64,000 nt of DNA, taken from contig NC_083232.1 in the NCBI RefSeq assembly GCF_032191835.1, positions 56,916,001 through 56,980,000 of the forward strand, in the 5' to 3' direction. Within the stretch, counting starts at the first letter, position 1; every line of letters begins with the position of its first letter. The DNA comes from Heteronotia binoei. Lineage: Eukaryota. The position numbers and the translations under genes were made by a program. Below the pieces are notes generated by a model. The model was not told where the DNA came from. It searched no databases and saw nothing but the letters and a program-made list of their open reading frames with translations. Positions 37,501 to 49,035 of this stretch are shown piece by piece.

Positions 37501-40500
37501 GGGTTTACACAGAAAGTGCTGGGCCCGCAGGACCGATCCTGCAAGGCTGCACTTCAGGAGAGGTCTTGTTGGGAGGTGGAAGAAGCAGCGGAGTCTGAGC
37601 GGGGAGTTTTGCGCTGACTCTCTTGAATCTTCTCCCTTTCCTTAGAGGAAGCTGCAGCTCAAGATATAGACCTACCTCTACCATCAGGGGACTGCTTTTA
37701 TGGGCGCCGTCGGTTCTTTCAACCCGAAGAACAGGGCAAGAAGCGACCGGCCACTCACATCTTACAGGGCATTTTTATTGTTGCGTTTATGGGAGCCCAG
37801 CGCCTGGCTCTGAGGACGGTCAAGGCACTTCGGGCCTGACTCAGAGCCCGGCGAGGTCAGTGGTCAGGAGACTCGCGTGGAGTGGGAGGCGTTTTTGGGC
37901 CGGTTTCGGAGCTCCTGAACTCGGCCCGGCGCTTTCTTTAATCGCTAACAAGGCCAAGGCGAGGCTAGCGGCAACTCGCCTCATCAAAGGCAGTGAAGTT
38001 AAACTAATAACGTGCACTTGATTCTTAACTATAAAAGATAATGGTCAATCCTGAAGCAACTAAACTACTTTGGCATGCATTGTGTGCAGCGGCCACATTT
38101 TAAACACTTAACAATGTGCCTCGGACATTAAGCAGAGCTTTATAGCATTTCTTGAGACTATTATGCTGGGCACAGGATGAAGGATGGCTGCTTTTTCATT
38201 TGGCCCCTGCCAACAAACTCGACTGGGGAGGGGGGGGGAGAGGCGATAAAGTAAGAGGCCCCTCCCACAACCACGTTGCGCCGAAGCACTGAGAAAGCAG
38301 CCTGGTGCCACCGGAGAATATGTTTTGATAGCAAACACGGCTTTTAGAATCGGTGGCCGAATCATCCACCCAAATAAAACTTTATTGATCCATGAGAAAT
38401 CTAATGGCTATATTAATAGAGTCGTTAAGCCGTTTTATGAATTTGAACTAAATAACCCAGCCCCCCCCCCAAAGAAACAAACAAACCGGAAGAGATAAAT
38501 AAGGCACCAGATCTCAATCCAGAGCTTGTTTAAAGTAAGGATTTCTTTCTTTTCTGAAGAGCGATTTACTCATTTATTATTTCCACGAGGAACCCAGAGG
38601 TCGATCGCTGTGTTAATCAAGGGAGGGTCGTTCTGCTTGCATGCTAATTAAGACGAGCTTTATATTTCTGACATGGGCAAATTGAGGTTTGGTGGGGAGG
38701 GCTAAAATGGGAGGGGGGCTTAGGAGAAAGGAAGGGGGTATCGAAGTTTACCATGGTGGGGCTGTGACGGTTGCCCGCCCTGCAGTCTACGGCGGCAGAT
38801 CGCCTTTTGTAAAGCCTAACCCAAATTAATGCAATCAATGAGTACTTCTTTAATATTGGACTTGTCACTTGTCAAGAATGCGACCGCGTGCCAAGCCCGT
38901 TTTCCCTCTGGATAAATTCCCAAACAGGCGGCTTTCCATCAGGCAGTTTAAAGAACTGCATCTCCGTGCCAAGAAAGGTGACAAATGGCTATCCCAGTAA
39001 TTTTTATCTTCACTTCGAAATTCTTTCGTGGTAAAAAGGGGAAGAGAAGAAAAGAGAGAGAGAGAGGAAAAACAGAATGACCTACAGTCGAGTTTGGAGA
39101 GATTTATTCCCTTTCAAATCCAGACTGCCTTTGCGTCTTAAACCCCAATGCCTCTGGCAGCTTGAATTCTGGTCTGGCTGGATTCCTGCGCACCGTTCCT
39201 GGTGAGTTAGCTTCCCATTGATATGGATGGGATTTACGTGCGGGAAACCAGGGCAAGATCGCTGCCAGCCGGGCTTCAGGATGCTGAGGAGGTTGATGTG
39301 GCAGGAATTCAGACGGCAACCTCTTTCCCCACAGCCTTGGGGTCGTTCATGTCCATTTACTTGGACGTAAATTCAGTTTGAAGTCAAGGGCACCTCTGTC
39401 CAGAAAGCGTGCAAGAGAGCGCTGAGGCCTGGCCAAGTCTCTGAACTCCCAGCTCCTGGACACTGTGAAAGCCGCTTTGAACTCCTGCAGGCACAGTGCT
39501 CGCCGCAGCTTAAAGAATAAAGTTGTTGTTGTTTTAAAGCAGCATAAACTTTATTTGACTTCCTTAGAAAGAAAATCTGCTCCTCTTTCAGGTGCCGCAA
39601 AACTCTAAACTTAACAGTCCAATCCTAAAGCAAATCATACCTTTCTAAGGCCATTGACTTCAATGGATTTCGAAGGACGGTTTAGGATTGCATTGTTTAC
39701 ACGCTGCCCCTTCGGAAAATGGATTCCCGTGGAGCGCCTTCCTTCCCCCTCTCCGGGTGGTTCTTAATGCAGAAGTAGGCCATTAAGTACGGCAACCCAG
39801 AACTAAGCCTATGAGTGAAATTTGCAGACTGTATTGATCTGTATATCAATTCACTCGAGTCGACTGCGAAGCACAGAAAACCAGAGGTTGCACTTTTAAA
39901 CAAAACAAAACACGCGCCTACTCCTAGCTCTTCTTTTGCTCCCAACGCCGTCTGGCGACGCGCTACTGCGTTCAGATGCTGAGACATCCGCCGCTCATCA
40001 AAACATGATCTTTCAGGCTGCGAATTCTGAACTCTTCTTTCTGGAAAGACAATCTCGCCCCGTGCAACAACTTCCGAACGGAAAATAACGTTGGCTTTCA
40101 ACAGCGCTCCTGTTACACCGACTGCAACATAATGTCAAAAAGAAAGAGTCTGTTCTGGGCTGGGCGGTTCTCCACTCAGGCCGATTTGCTCATAAGCAAG
40201 CTCCATTTTTTTTTCCACCGGGGACTAAGCCCCATAGGATTGCAGCGTGGCCCCAGAGAAGAGTCACGAGAAATAAAATGGCCAGCAGTTTGACATTCTC
40301 TGCATCCTAATTTAGGAGAAGTCGGGGGTTGGGGGAGAGAAATCCTAAGAAATATGCGCTTTCTTTAACAACAGCAGCAGCCGCAAAAGCCTCTTTCTGA
40401 CTGAGGCCTATGTAAGCAACTACTTTATAGCCGGTGCTGGCTAGACGTTTACATTCTGAAAGAGGGAGAGGACATCGAAAAATATATCGACCACACCACA

Positions 40501-42150
40501 CCTTTTTTGGGGGGTGTTCTTGCAATTGAGAGGGGTCCTCCATATCCCCCCCCCCAACAGATGGTTATTGGAGCATCAATCTCTTAAACCTAGTACTTTT
40601 CAAGCACCGCCCATCACTGATTACAATCCACGCTGTGGTTCAATGTCCCGAAATTAAACTATGAAACAAATACACATTCATTGTTGGAAGTCCGACCACT
40701 GCAGTCCCACACAAATAAAGAATCGGTTTCTTTCCCACAGGAAACACTGATCGCAAGTTCCAAGAGCCCCTCCATAATAAAATTTCAACACATACTTTAG
40801 CGACCTTGTTTTAAATAGACCTTCAGAAGAAAGGAAGCGTCTAATGTAACATGGAAATTGGGAAAAAATAAAAGTGCAGAATTAATACAAGTTAACAAAC
40901 AAACAAACAGAGGACTTCCCAAAGAAGTTGGGAACTCCGGGGAAGGCGCTAGTCTGCATCTATTCTCTCTGCGTGACTCTGCAGAGGGGCCATATCACAA
41001 GGTCAGTCCACTGCTTCCCTTCGGAAATCAGGAATGTCCCTTCCAGGCATCGGTCACAGGATTGTTCTCTGCATTTGGCATCCTTATCCTAAGAATTTCA
41101 CAGGCAAGTCAACCCAAAAAAATGGACACTGATCTTTCCTCTCATGGAGGGGGGGGAGAGAGGAGGGAGGTGTAACAGAAACCTAAAAGTTCAGTAAATT
41201 GGGTTCCGTAGGGTCTGAACCCCGCTGTATGCGAGCTTCGGCCTACAGCTTTAAGAATTCAGGTCACGGTACAAGTCCTACGAAATACTGGCGAGATCTA
41301 GGCCTGTCCTCAGCCAAAGACCAAGCTGTTAAGTTGCCTTTCACCTGGTGTCACTCTCAAAATACTTTCACATAAACAAACTAGAGATCGATAGAGATGT
41401 TTGGAATTTCAGCCTCTATCCAAGCAAGGACTGCAATCGACCATTTCTTGTTGCGCCAAAGGGACTTTCGCTTTGTAGTCCAAGGATATCGATTTCCACC
41501 CTTCGCTTAGAAATGGGGGAGGGGGAGGAAAAGTGACGCTGGCCTCAGAAGAAAAAAAGCTTTTAATAAATGTTGCTGTTAACCACACACTGATGATCTT
41601 TGCCAAACCGGAATGAGTAACCTACAGCTCAGATTCAATAAGGCCATCAAAATAATCTGCCATTTTCCGTCTTCGCTGCTATAGATCTAGTTGATAGAAA
41701 GCACCTCTAGCTCTGCACATAAACGTCAAGATTCATAATATTTCCAGGGGCGCAGTTTTTATAAGAATTTCACCGTTCCGGCCTAGGTTTGTTTTACCGC
41801 CACGCGGCCTGCGCATTTGAGTTCTACTTAAAACCTTTCTCCAGCTTCCCACTTTCCAAAGATTCCATCTCCAGACCTAGGAAGCCTTTTTTAAAAATAG
41901 TCTTTTAAACACCTAAGGGAAAACACATCCACACCCGTGGCCTTTCCCTTCCAAACAGGCTTAAGCAGATATAAAGGTTACTCTGGCTGTACCTTGGTAA
42001 AAGATCCTTCTTCCTCTTTCCAAGCTGAGACTCGAAGGAAATACTCACGGCTCTGGCGCGCTCGCAGCCCGAGGAAGTCGGCCCTTGGAAATAACTTCTG
42101 ACCTCTCGCTTTACTCTCCTTGAAAGACTGTTCAACGGCCTTCGGCTTAC

Positions 42151-42500
42151 CTTAGCAAATCTGACCGTGGAACGTGAAATAATATAATGTGCAACTCCTA
42201 GAATGCAAAGGGAACAAAGGCCAAGAATCTCCCCCCCCCCTTCTCCCACTGCGGCTTTGACATTGATCTGAAGATCGCCATCTTGTGGCGATCCTGTTCC
42301 AAAGCAGAGCTGACCTAGCAACCAGTTCCCCCTAATGCTCTCCTTAACAAACAGCTATTACCACTCCAGACAATCGCCCTGCTCAGATCCAACCTCTGCA
42401 GCTGTGAGATTGCTGCGAATCTTCGCCCTCGTTTATAGGCCCGCTTTCTAAAGATGCAAACCGGCAAGTCATGGGCACTTTTATGACTGCCCAGGAACGC
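42151..42500 (-). other. Candidate alternative upstream first exon of HOXA10
   Basis: Consensus donor GCTAAG|GTAAGC at 42151/42150, about 1.4 kb below the HOXA11 poly(A) signal, similar to the position of the human upstream HOXA10 exon. 5' end not defined. Confidence 0.35.
42273..42293 (-). promoter_or_regulatory. Candidate CTCF/YY1 site between HOXA10 and HOXA11 inside an 8-bp inverted repeat
   Basis: Minus strand CCACAAGATGGCGA, 12/14 CTCF consensus, also contains YY1 core AAGATGGCG. Plus strand GATCGCCA-TCTTG-TGGCGATC. Confidence 0.5.
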
Positions 42501-43582
42501 ACGGGATGTGCTAAAACAACAACAACACTCCACCAACACAAAAAAACTGCGACAAGTAGTGGACCAGGAAATCACCACCGCCATCTCCACCACAGTCTAG
42601 AGAAACCCCATGACTCAGCCTAGCCATGAATAACCAGTTAATTTTTAACTAGGAAAGGAAGTGGCTGGTCGAACATTTTATGGCCATCCGTCTATCCCTC
42701 TGCGGGTCTGTCTCTCTTTCTCCATCTCTCTTTCTATCTCCCGCTTTAAAGAGCTGCATTCCTTTGTAGCATGCTAGCCAAATAAACAAACAAACAAGTT
42801 TCCTCTTCGCCCCCCTCCCTTCATCTTTGTACATTTCCTTTGACCAGACGCTGTCTGGCTTGGTGGGGGTTGTCAGCAAAAGCCCCGAGCCAGTTAGCCC
42901 TTCACCTCAAGGTTATGGGTGATGTCCAAAGCAATACAGAAGTTCAAAGCCAATAAACAATAGGAAAAACGGTATGTGCTTTCTTTCCTGATTAAGAATA
43001 AAAGGGAAGAATGATCAACCTCATGTCACCTCCTCACGAATGTCTCTGGGTTTTTTCAGCCCCCGCCCCCCCACTCATAGATCTCTGCAAAGCATTTCGG
43101 TTCCAATCACATGCCTGTTGCCCTTCAGAGAAACATGTTTTCCTAGGAGTCATTCACAGCCATCTCCAGGACAGCTACAAATGCCATTTTGCAGAGCGAA
43201 TTCCTCCACAAACAGTGCAAACACTTTCTAACAGCGCGTTTCGACAAAGGGTGTCTGAAATAACCAAGCGCACCTTGAAGCCAGCTAACACAAGAGCTTC
43301 TTTAGCAAACATTTCCCCAAAGTCTGTAATTTGCCATTATTTTGAAGGACTTACCCCCCCCCCCCAACCAGTAAAACCTGGCCTCATTCTAGCTGGACTC
43401 TGCCTACGCATTCATGAATACCAGACATCTTTGCTCAGGCCCGGCCTGAATGACTAGAAACAATAGCCGGTGAGTGGAATTTTCGCCCAAGCATCTCAGC
43501 CTGCCTGATTCAAAACCTCAGACCAGATAAAAGAAGCTCCATGAATGTAACACAAAGGATAAAAATATAAATTTCCCACATA

Positions 43583-43588
43583 TTTATT
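43583..43588 (-). terminator. Candidate HOXA11 polyadenylation signal
   Basis: AATAAA on the minus strand at the end of an AT-rich 3'UTR, about 1.65 kb from the stop. Confidence 0.45.
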
Positions 43589-43889
43589 TTAGTTGTGCAC
43601 TGTTCCACTGTATACATGCAGCCAAAGACGTTCGCATATTAAAGAGAAAACTGTATATACAAATATGACGATACATATTTCAAACAGTGATGAGCTATAA
43701 ATGTATTGCATTTTGTGAACTGTGTAAAGAAAACCATCTTGGAAGCTGGTGATTTTAAAAAACAACATCACCTTATGTTTCACATATTTTAAAAAAGAAC
43801 AAACCCAACACCTTTTAAAAAGTATACCAACAGAAACGTCATTTTTAAAATGTACAAGTCTTGAAAAAACACCATTCTTGTATGAAATA

Positions 43890-43897
43890 TACATTCA
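43890..43897 (-). promoter_or_regulatory. miR-181 8mer site in HOXA11 3'UTR
   Basis: Plus strand TACATTCA equals UGAAUGUA. miR-181 targeting of Hoxa11 is established (Naguibneva et al. 2006). Confidence 0.65.
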
Positions 43898-45243
43898 GAT
43901 ATTCTCAACAGCAAATGACCTTTACAATAAAACACATATTCTTTGTAAACTGATATAGAATTTTAAATAGTTCTCTCTTTTTTTTTATCACGGTTCTCTC
44001 TCTTTCTCTCTCACTTTGGTTCCTGCTGGGAAATATATTTCTTTATATATATTTAAAATAACTCCAAGGAACTCTCAATTCTTTGATTCTGCCGCCGGAA
44101 CGACCAAGTAGAACTTACAACATCAACAGTGGACAGCAAGGTCTGAAAATGAATCCATCCTATTTACATCGTTGGCTTTTTGCTTTAAGGTCTGGCTGCT
44201 GGGCCTTCTAAGAAAACCATTCTTGGTTTAATGGTCTGATCTCAGTGCACTGGATATATCCAAAGTCAAATTAAGTGTTGCACGGTCTTTGCCAAACTGT
44301 TATTATCCACAGGTATTTCCTGAAGAAAGATCGTGAGACAGAAGCCAGAAGCTTCCTTAAACCGATTTACCCTTTTGCAAGTATTAGATTAGTCTTTCTG
44401 TGTCCCTCTCTCCACCTCTTCCCACTGTTTAAGCATATAAATACGAACATCATGATTTGTCTCAGAAAAGGTGGCCACATTTCGGCAGTTGTTACTCATT
44501 AAAAGGAAAGCGAATTCGAATTGCTAGGAATTCGCCTCGTCAGTGATTGTTTCTTTACCATATATGGCAAAGTGGTACCTGAAATAGCTTCAAAAGGAGT
44601 TCTTTAAGTCTTACAGGTCATATCTCCCTCACAGCACAGTTATATTCAGCGTTGGTTCTCAACAGACATTTATGATTGGCTTTGCAAGGAATTAAGCATT
44701 TTTAAAAAGCATTTTAGTCTTTAATGGGTGAAGAAGGTAAACCTTCTTGCGGGAGACGAAGGAGGAAAGGGTAATGCGGGATAGGGGTTGTGCATCTATA
44801 GCAAAAGGGGGGCATATGAAGACTTTCTCTTTTGGCTTGATTTTTTTTTCATTGATCCTCAAACTCGGGTGCCGTCGTGTGTATCCTTCCAAGCAATGTT
44901 CCACAGTAAACCAAATTAATATAGTTTAAATGCAATCTGAAGCCAATACTTCTCTCCCCGTGGACCCCTAACATAACTGTGCAGTCTGAAGGTAAGAAGT
45001 GGAAACTGCACGCGGACCATAAGATATTTGGCTCCAAACTGATTCCAGTTGATACATCAAGAAGAACTTCAAAAAGAAAAGAAAAATCTGTACTTTCGCT
45101 TTAAAAAAAAAACATGGAGGGACACCTAGTTTTCCAGAGTCCTCCCTCATCTTACAAAATTCCTTCTCATAGGTAACCTTGTGGCTTGACCTTGTCAAAG
45201 GGGGGATCTGAATTTAATCTCGTTCTGGAAAATGCTACAAGTT

Positions 45244-45476
45244 TTAAAGTAGTGGATTAGCTGAGTAATATTGTAATCGGTCCCTGTTAATTTTTTTCTC
45301 TTTCATTCTTCTGTTTTGAAACCATATTTTTACTTGACGGTCGGTCAAGTTGAGCATTCGGGAGAGCTGGAGGCGTTTCTCTTTGTTTATATAGACACTG
45401 AAGAAGAATTCCCTTTCTAATTCTCTAATCTGATATTTGGTGTATGGGCATCTCTTTTTACGGGTACGCTGTCCAC
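45244..45476 (-). CDS. HOXA11: Hox-A11 exon 2 (homeodomain)
   Basis: Acceptor CAG|GT GGA at 45477/45476. (S)[79 protein letters not shown] at 45244-45246. Confidence 0.98.
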
Positions 45477-47029
45477 CTGTGGAATGAAAAGATAAAGGCA
45501 AAAGCCAGTGAGTCTGGAGTCATATGAATGAGGGAGGGGTTGCGGTTCATATTTAATCAGGGGACGAGGAAACAAGCCTTTGGCTTACTACCTGGCTAGT
45601 TCTCTCCTACTCAGCATTTATGCATATATTACAATCTCTGTATGTGCATGTCACAAGGAAAGATAATGACACGGGTCATCCACTTCAAACAGATCCGCAG
45701 GATCATCCTGTGCACGCTTCATCAAAGCAAATGTTCCTGAGCGCCATAGGTAAGTAAGGGTGCACAGGATTGCTTCTCGGGATGAACACTGCCCCCGCAG
45801 ACACAATACCTAGAGGCACCAGCTGGAACAAATGCTGAAAGCAGAATTCTACCCAGACCAGGGCGTGCGTAAGGAATCTGGAAAGGTTATAGTTAAAGAT
45901 AGGTCACTCAAGATGGCACCTTCAACCGTGTTCTGCAATCAAAGGAACCTACTGAAATTTTAAATTCAGCAGTCATGGGCTGCCATCCTAAAAACACTTT
46001 TCTGGAGTGAACCCATAAAATGACATGGGTCTCATTTTCCAGTGGACCTGCTTAGGAACCGTCCAATAATGCCTTCGAAGTGGGTGACATTCCGTATGGT
46101 TCCCTGCTTACTGAGGATGCTTTTAATCTTAAACTTCTGTTGTAGCTTTTCTGCGCCTCCTTTTCTTGTCTTAGAAAACGCCCATCCCTCTGCATATGAC
46201 CACCAGTAGTTAAGTCCACAGTATAGCGGGCCCTGCTGTTTTGTTCTGAAGCGCCCACCCCCCTAATTTCCTCCCTTTGCTGTGTCTCAGTCTTGCCCCA
46301 GTGGCTGTTGTGTTTTTAAAGCAAAATTAATCTCTTCTGAAGCCCATTTCCTTGCTCCCCCTCCAAGGCACTTTCTCAAGGCATTTTACATTAAATATTA
46401 GTGCTACCTTCTATTTTTTTAACAACAACAACGCTCCCTTTTCTAGCACATCTGGGTTGCGAGGGTATTTTTCTGCTCTTAACTTTTGGGGTGGGGTGCA
46501 GAGAGAAAAATGCCACATTAAAAAACAAAAAACCCAAACCGGCTGTGACAGATTGAATAACAATCGCAAGGAACAACAAACTGTTGGACAGACGGCGACA
46601 CATAATTGCCACAGTGCCTTAGGAAAATGACTCCCTTTTAGACAAAAAAGGGCCAGCTTTAGGTTAATTTGTTGCTTTTAATATATTGCTACAGTGCAGG
46701 CGGCTACTTTATCTGTTCAACACTGTTCTTGTGCAATCGTTAAAAACAGGGATGGCTTTGAATCCAACCCTCTAACTAGACTTCTGGGGCAACACATGGC
46801 TTTTATAAAAAAAAAAGAAAGAAAGGGAAAAAAAATCATAGGATTACATGGATATCAAAGGAATCTGAAATCCCCTTTTGGCCGAATTTTACAGGCGCAA
46901 AACGTGCGTTATTATATTTTCGAGACTTTGACTACAAAAACTCTCTCTCCCCCCCCCCCCCTTCCTCTCTTTATCCTTCTTTTTTATGATTTAAGGGGGG
47001 AAAACTTTTTTTCTTGGGGGGAAAAAAGG

Positions 47030-47205
47030 CATCCATTGGCCGGTGGGTATTTCACGGCCAATTTCAGTCCTTGCCACGTGATCTCGCCTTTTATAACAAA
47101 GTTTTGTTGGGGGAAATCTAAAGGCCCTTCATAAACCTTATATGCTTATAAAACAGCATATAAAAATTTAACAGCGGCGGTGCGCTAAGATTTCCAAGTC
47201 CCTTT
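47030..47205. promoter_or_regulatory. HOXA11 intronic element rich in posterior-Hox/Cdx motifs
   Basis: CACGTG, TTTTATAAC, CATAAA, TTATAAAA and ATATAAAAA next to the donor. I recall this block being near-identical in mammals. Confidence 0.55.
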
Positions 47206-47239
47206 CATAAAAGCGCTAGGGCGCTGCCTTTATACGTAC

Positions 47240-47981
47240 TGGAGCTGCTGGATTTCTCCTCATTGTTGCCGGAAGACGAGCCCGGGCTGCTGCTGCTCTC
47301 CAGCCGCCTGCGCCTCTCCTTCTCCTCTGCCGCCGCCGCCGCCGCCGCCGTGGCTGCAGCTGCCGCCGCCGCCTCCCTACCGCAGCCGCCGCTGCCGCCG
47401 TCCGAACTTGAAGTTGCTGCTGCTGCTGCGGCGCCCGGGGCTTTGTCGCCGTTCTTGTCTCCGGCGTAGTCCGCGTGGTGGTTCTCGGCCGTGCCGTAGG
47501 CGGTCTCGAAGAACTGGTCGAAAGCCTGGGGCAGCACCCCGTTCCTTCCCACAGTGTTATAGAAACTGGAGGAGACGCTGTTGGTGGTGGTGGCGGCCGC
47601 GGCAGCCGCGGGGTGGTGGTAGACGCTGGCCGGCGTTTTGCCGAACATCTCGCCCATGCTGGCCGCCGCCGCCGCCGCCGCCGCGTTGGTGGCCGGCAGG
47701 CAGTCTCTGTGCATGATCTCCTCGGCGGAGTAGCAGTGGGGGAGATTGTTCCGGGGGTGCCACTTACTGGCCGGATCAATGGCATACTCCCGGAAGGTGA
47801 CTTCTCGCACCGGTTGGACCTGGGGGAGGTTGGAGGAGTAGGAGTATGTCACGGGGCGAGAAGACGGGGTCTGGGGCAGGAAGGAAGGGAGGCTGGAGAA
47901 ATCAGGACCCGAAACGTAGTAAGTACAACTTGGCAAATACATGTTAGAGGAACAAGGAACACGCTCATCAAAATCCATCAT
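47240..47981 (-). CDS. HOXA11: Hox-A11 exon 1
   Basis: [43 protein letters not shown]...[24 protein letters not shown]...EEKERRRR. ATGs at 47981 and 47978, the latter in strong Kozak context. Donor TCCA|GTACGT at 47240/47239, phase 1. Confidence 0.97.
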
Positions 47982-47985
47982 TAGG

Positions 47986-48021
47986 CTACCTCGGGCTCTC
48001 CGCATTAGCCGAGCTTAACAT
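47986..48021 (-). other. HOXA11 leader uORF ([11 protein letters not shown])
   Basis: ATG at 48021, TAG at 47986-47988, ending 4 nt before the main ATG. Resembles the conserved Hoxa11 uORF. Confidence 0.7.
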
Positions 48022-48659
48022 GATTCTCTAATGCAGCTGCCTCTTTGAAGCAGATCCGTGAAGTAAGAAATTTGGAGACGTAAGCTGACGTGGAAATCTA
48101 TCCCCATCCTTAGCAGGGAGGCGCTGGTCATGTGACCAAATGTTGAAATTGACAAGCTGCGAGTATGGGCCCTCTCTCTCTCCCCCCCCCCTCCTTCCCC
48201 TTCTTTGTAACCATCTCATGGGAAGCAACAGATCGTCACTTGGGTCTTTTGGCCAAAGTCGAGAAATCTTAAATGTAACTCAGGCGGGCCTCCTGGATGA
48301 TTAGAGGGGGAGACGCGTGGCCCCTCTTTCTTTCTGTGGCTTTCTCAAAGCATTTTCCTTTCTCTCCCTTTTCTCTCCAGCTCCCCCACCCCACCCCCAC
48401 TTTCTGTATCAGGAGATCGCGAGCCCATTAAGCAGGGGATGCAATTAGAAACGCACGCGGATTCCCCCTCCCCCCTCCTTTCCAAAGCTTGTTGAACGGC
48501 TTCGGCGAGGTGCCGGGTAATCTTATAATTCTGCCCAGATCTGACTTTTGGGAAGCCTGGCTCCGACAGCCCCGGGTCCTTGTGACAAAGACACTCACCC
48601 AGCCCCGCAGGCTTTTGCTGAAGACATGGTCGGGAAGAATGTCCGGGGTCAAGTCTGTA

Positions 48660-49035
48660 CCGATTTTCATGGTGAATGGATGACATGACTCGCCTTCACG
48701 TTCATTTCCGAAGCGCTTTAGTGCCTGCCTTCTCTTTCGTACATGTTAACCTCAGATAGCCTGGGCGGCTGCATCACAGCTCTGCTGCAGGTATATGGCG
48801 ATACTTGATTCTCCCCCAGCCAGCCTTTCCACTCTCTCCACTCCCACATGCGTGAAAGCCAGTGATTTGGATTTTATTGTTCTTTGCAATGCCTGTGAAT
48901 CTTTTGAACTGCAGTCCACCAGGTTTAGGGGAAAAGGAGCATTAGTCGAGCGCAGTGCAGCTGAATGCTTGAGAGACCAAGGATGGGTTTAACGATCCAC
49001 ACGTCACATCGATCCTGAAACCGTATTCCTCGGAA
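48660..49035 (+). ncRNA. Possible orthologue of the HOXA11-AS first exon
   Basis: TTTCCGAAGCGCTTTAGTGCC (~48705-48725) resembles the human HOXA11-AS 5' region as I recall it. Plus-strand donor GGAA|GTAAGT near 49035. No expression evidence. Confidence 0.3.

Noticed and set aside
41905-42321. 138-aa minus-strand ORF and a second donor CCAAG|GTACAG at 41993
   Set aside because: No similarity to known proteins. The frame that would join HOXA10 exon 2 has an upstream stop and no ATG, and the donor is weaker than the one at 42151.
44510-44535. GCGAATTC-N10-GAATTCGC inverted repeat in the HOXA11 3'UTR
   Set aside because: Short, built from a self-palindromic GAATTC core, and no evidence of conservation.
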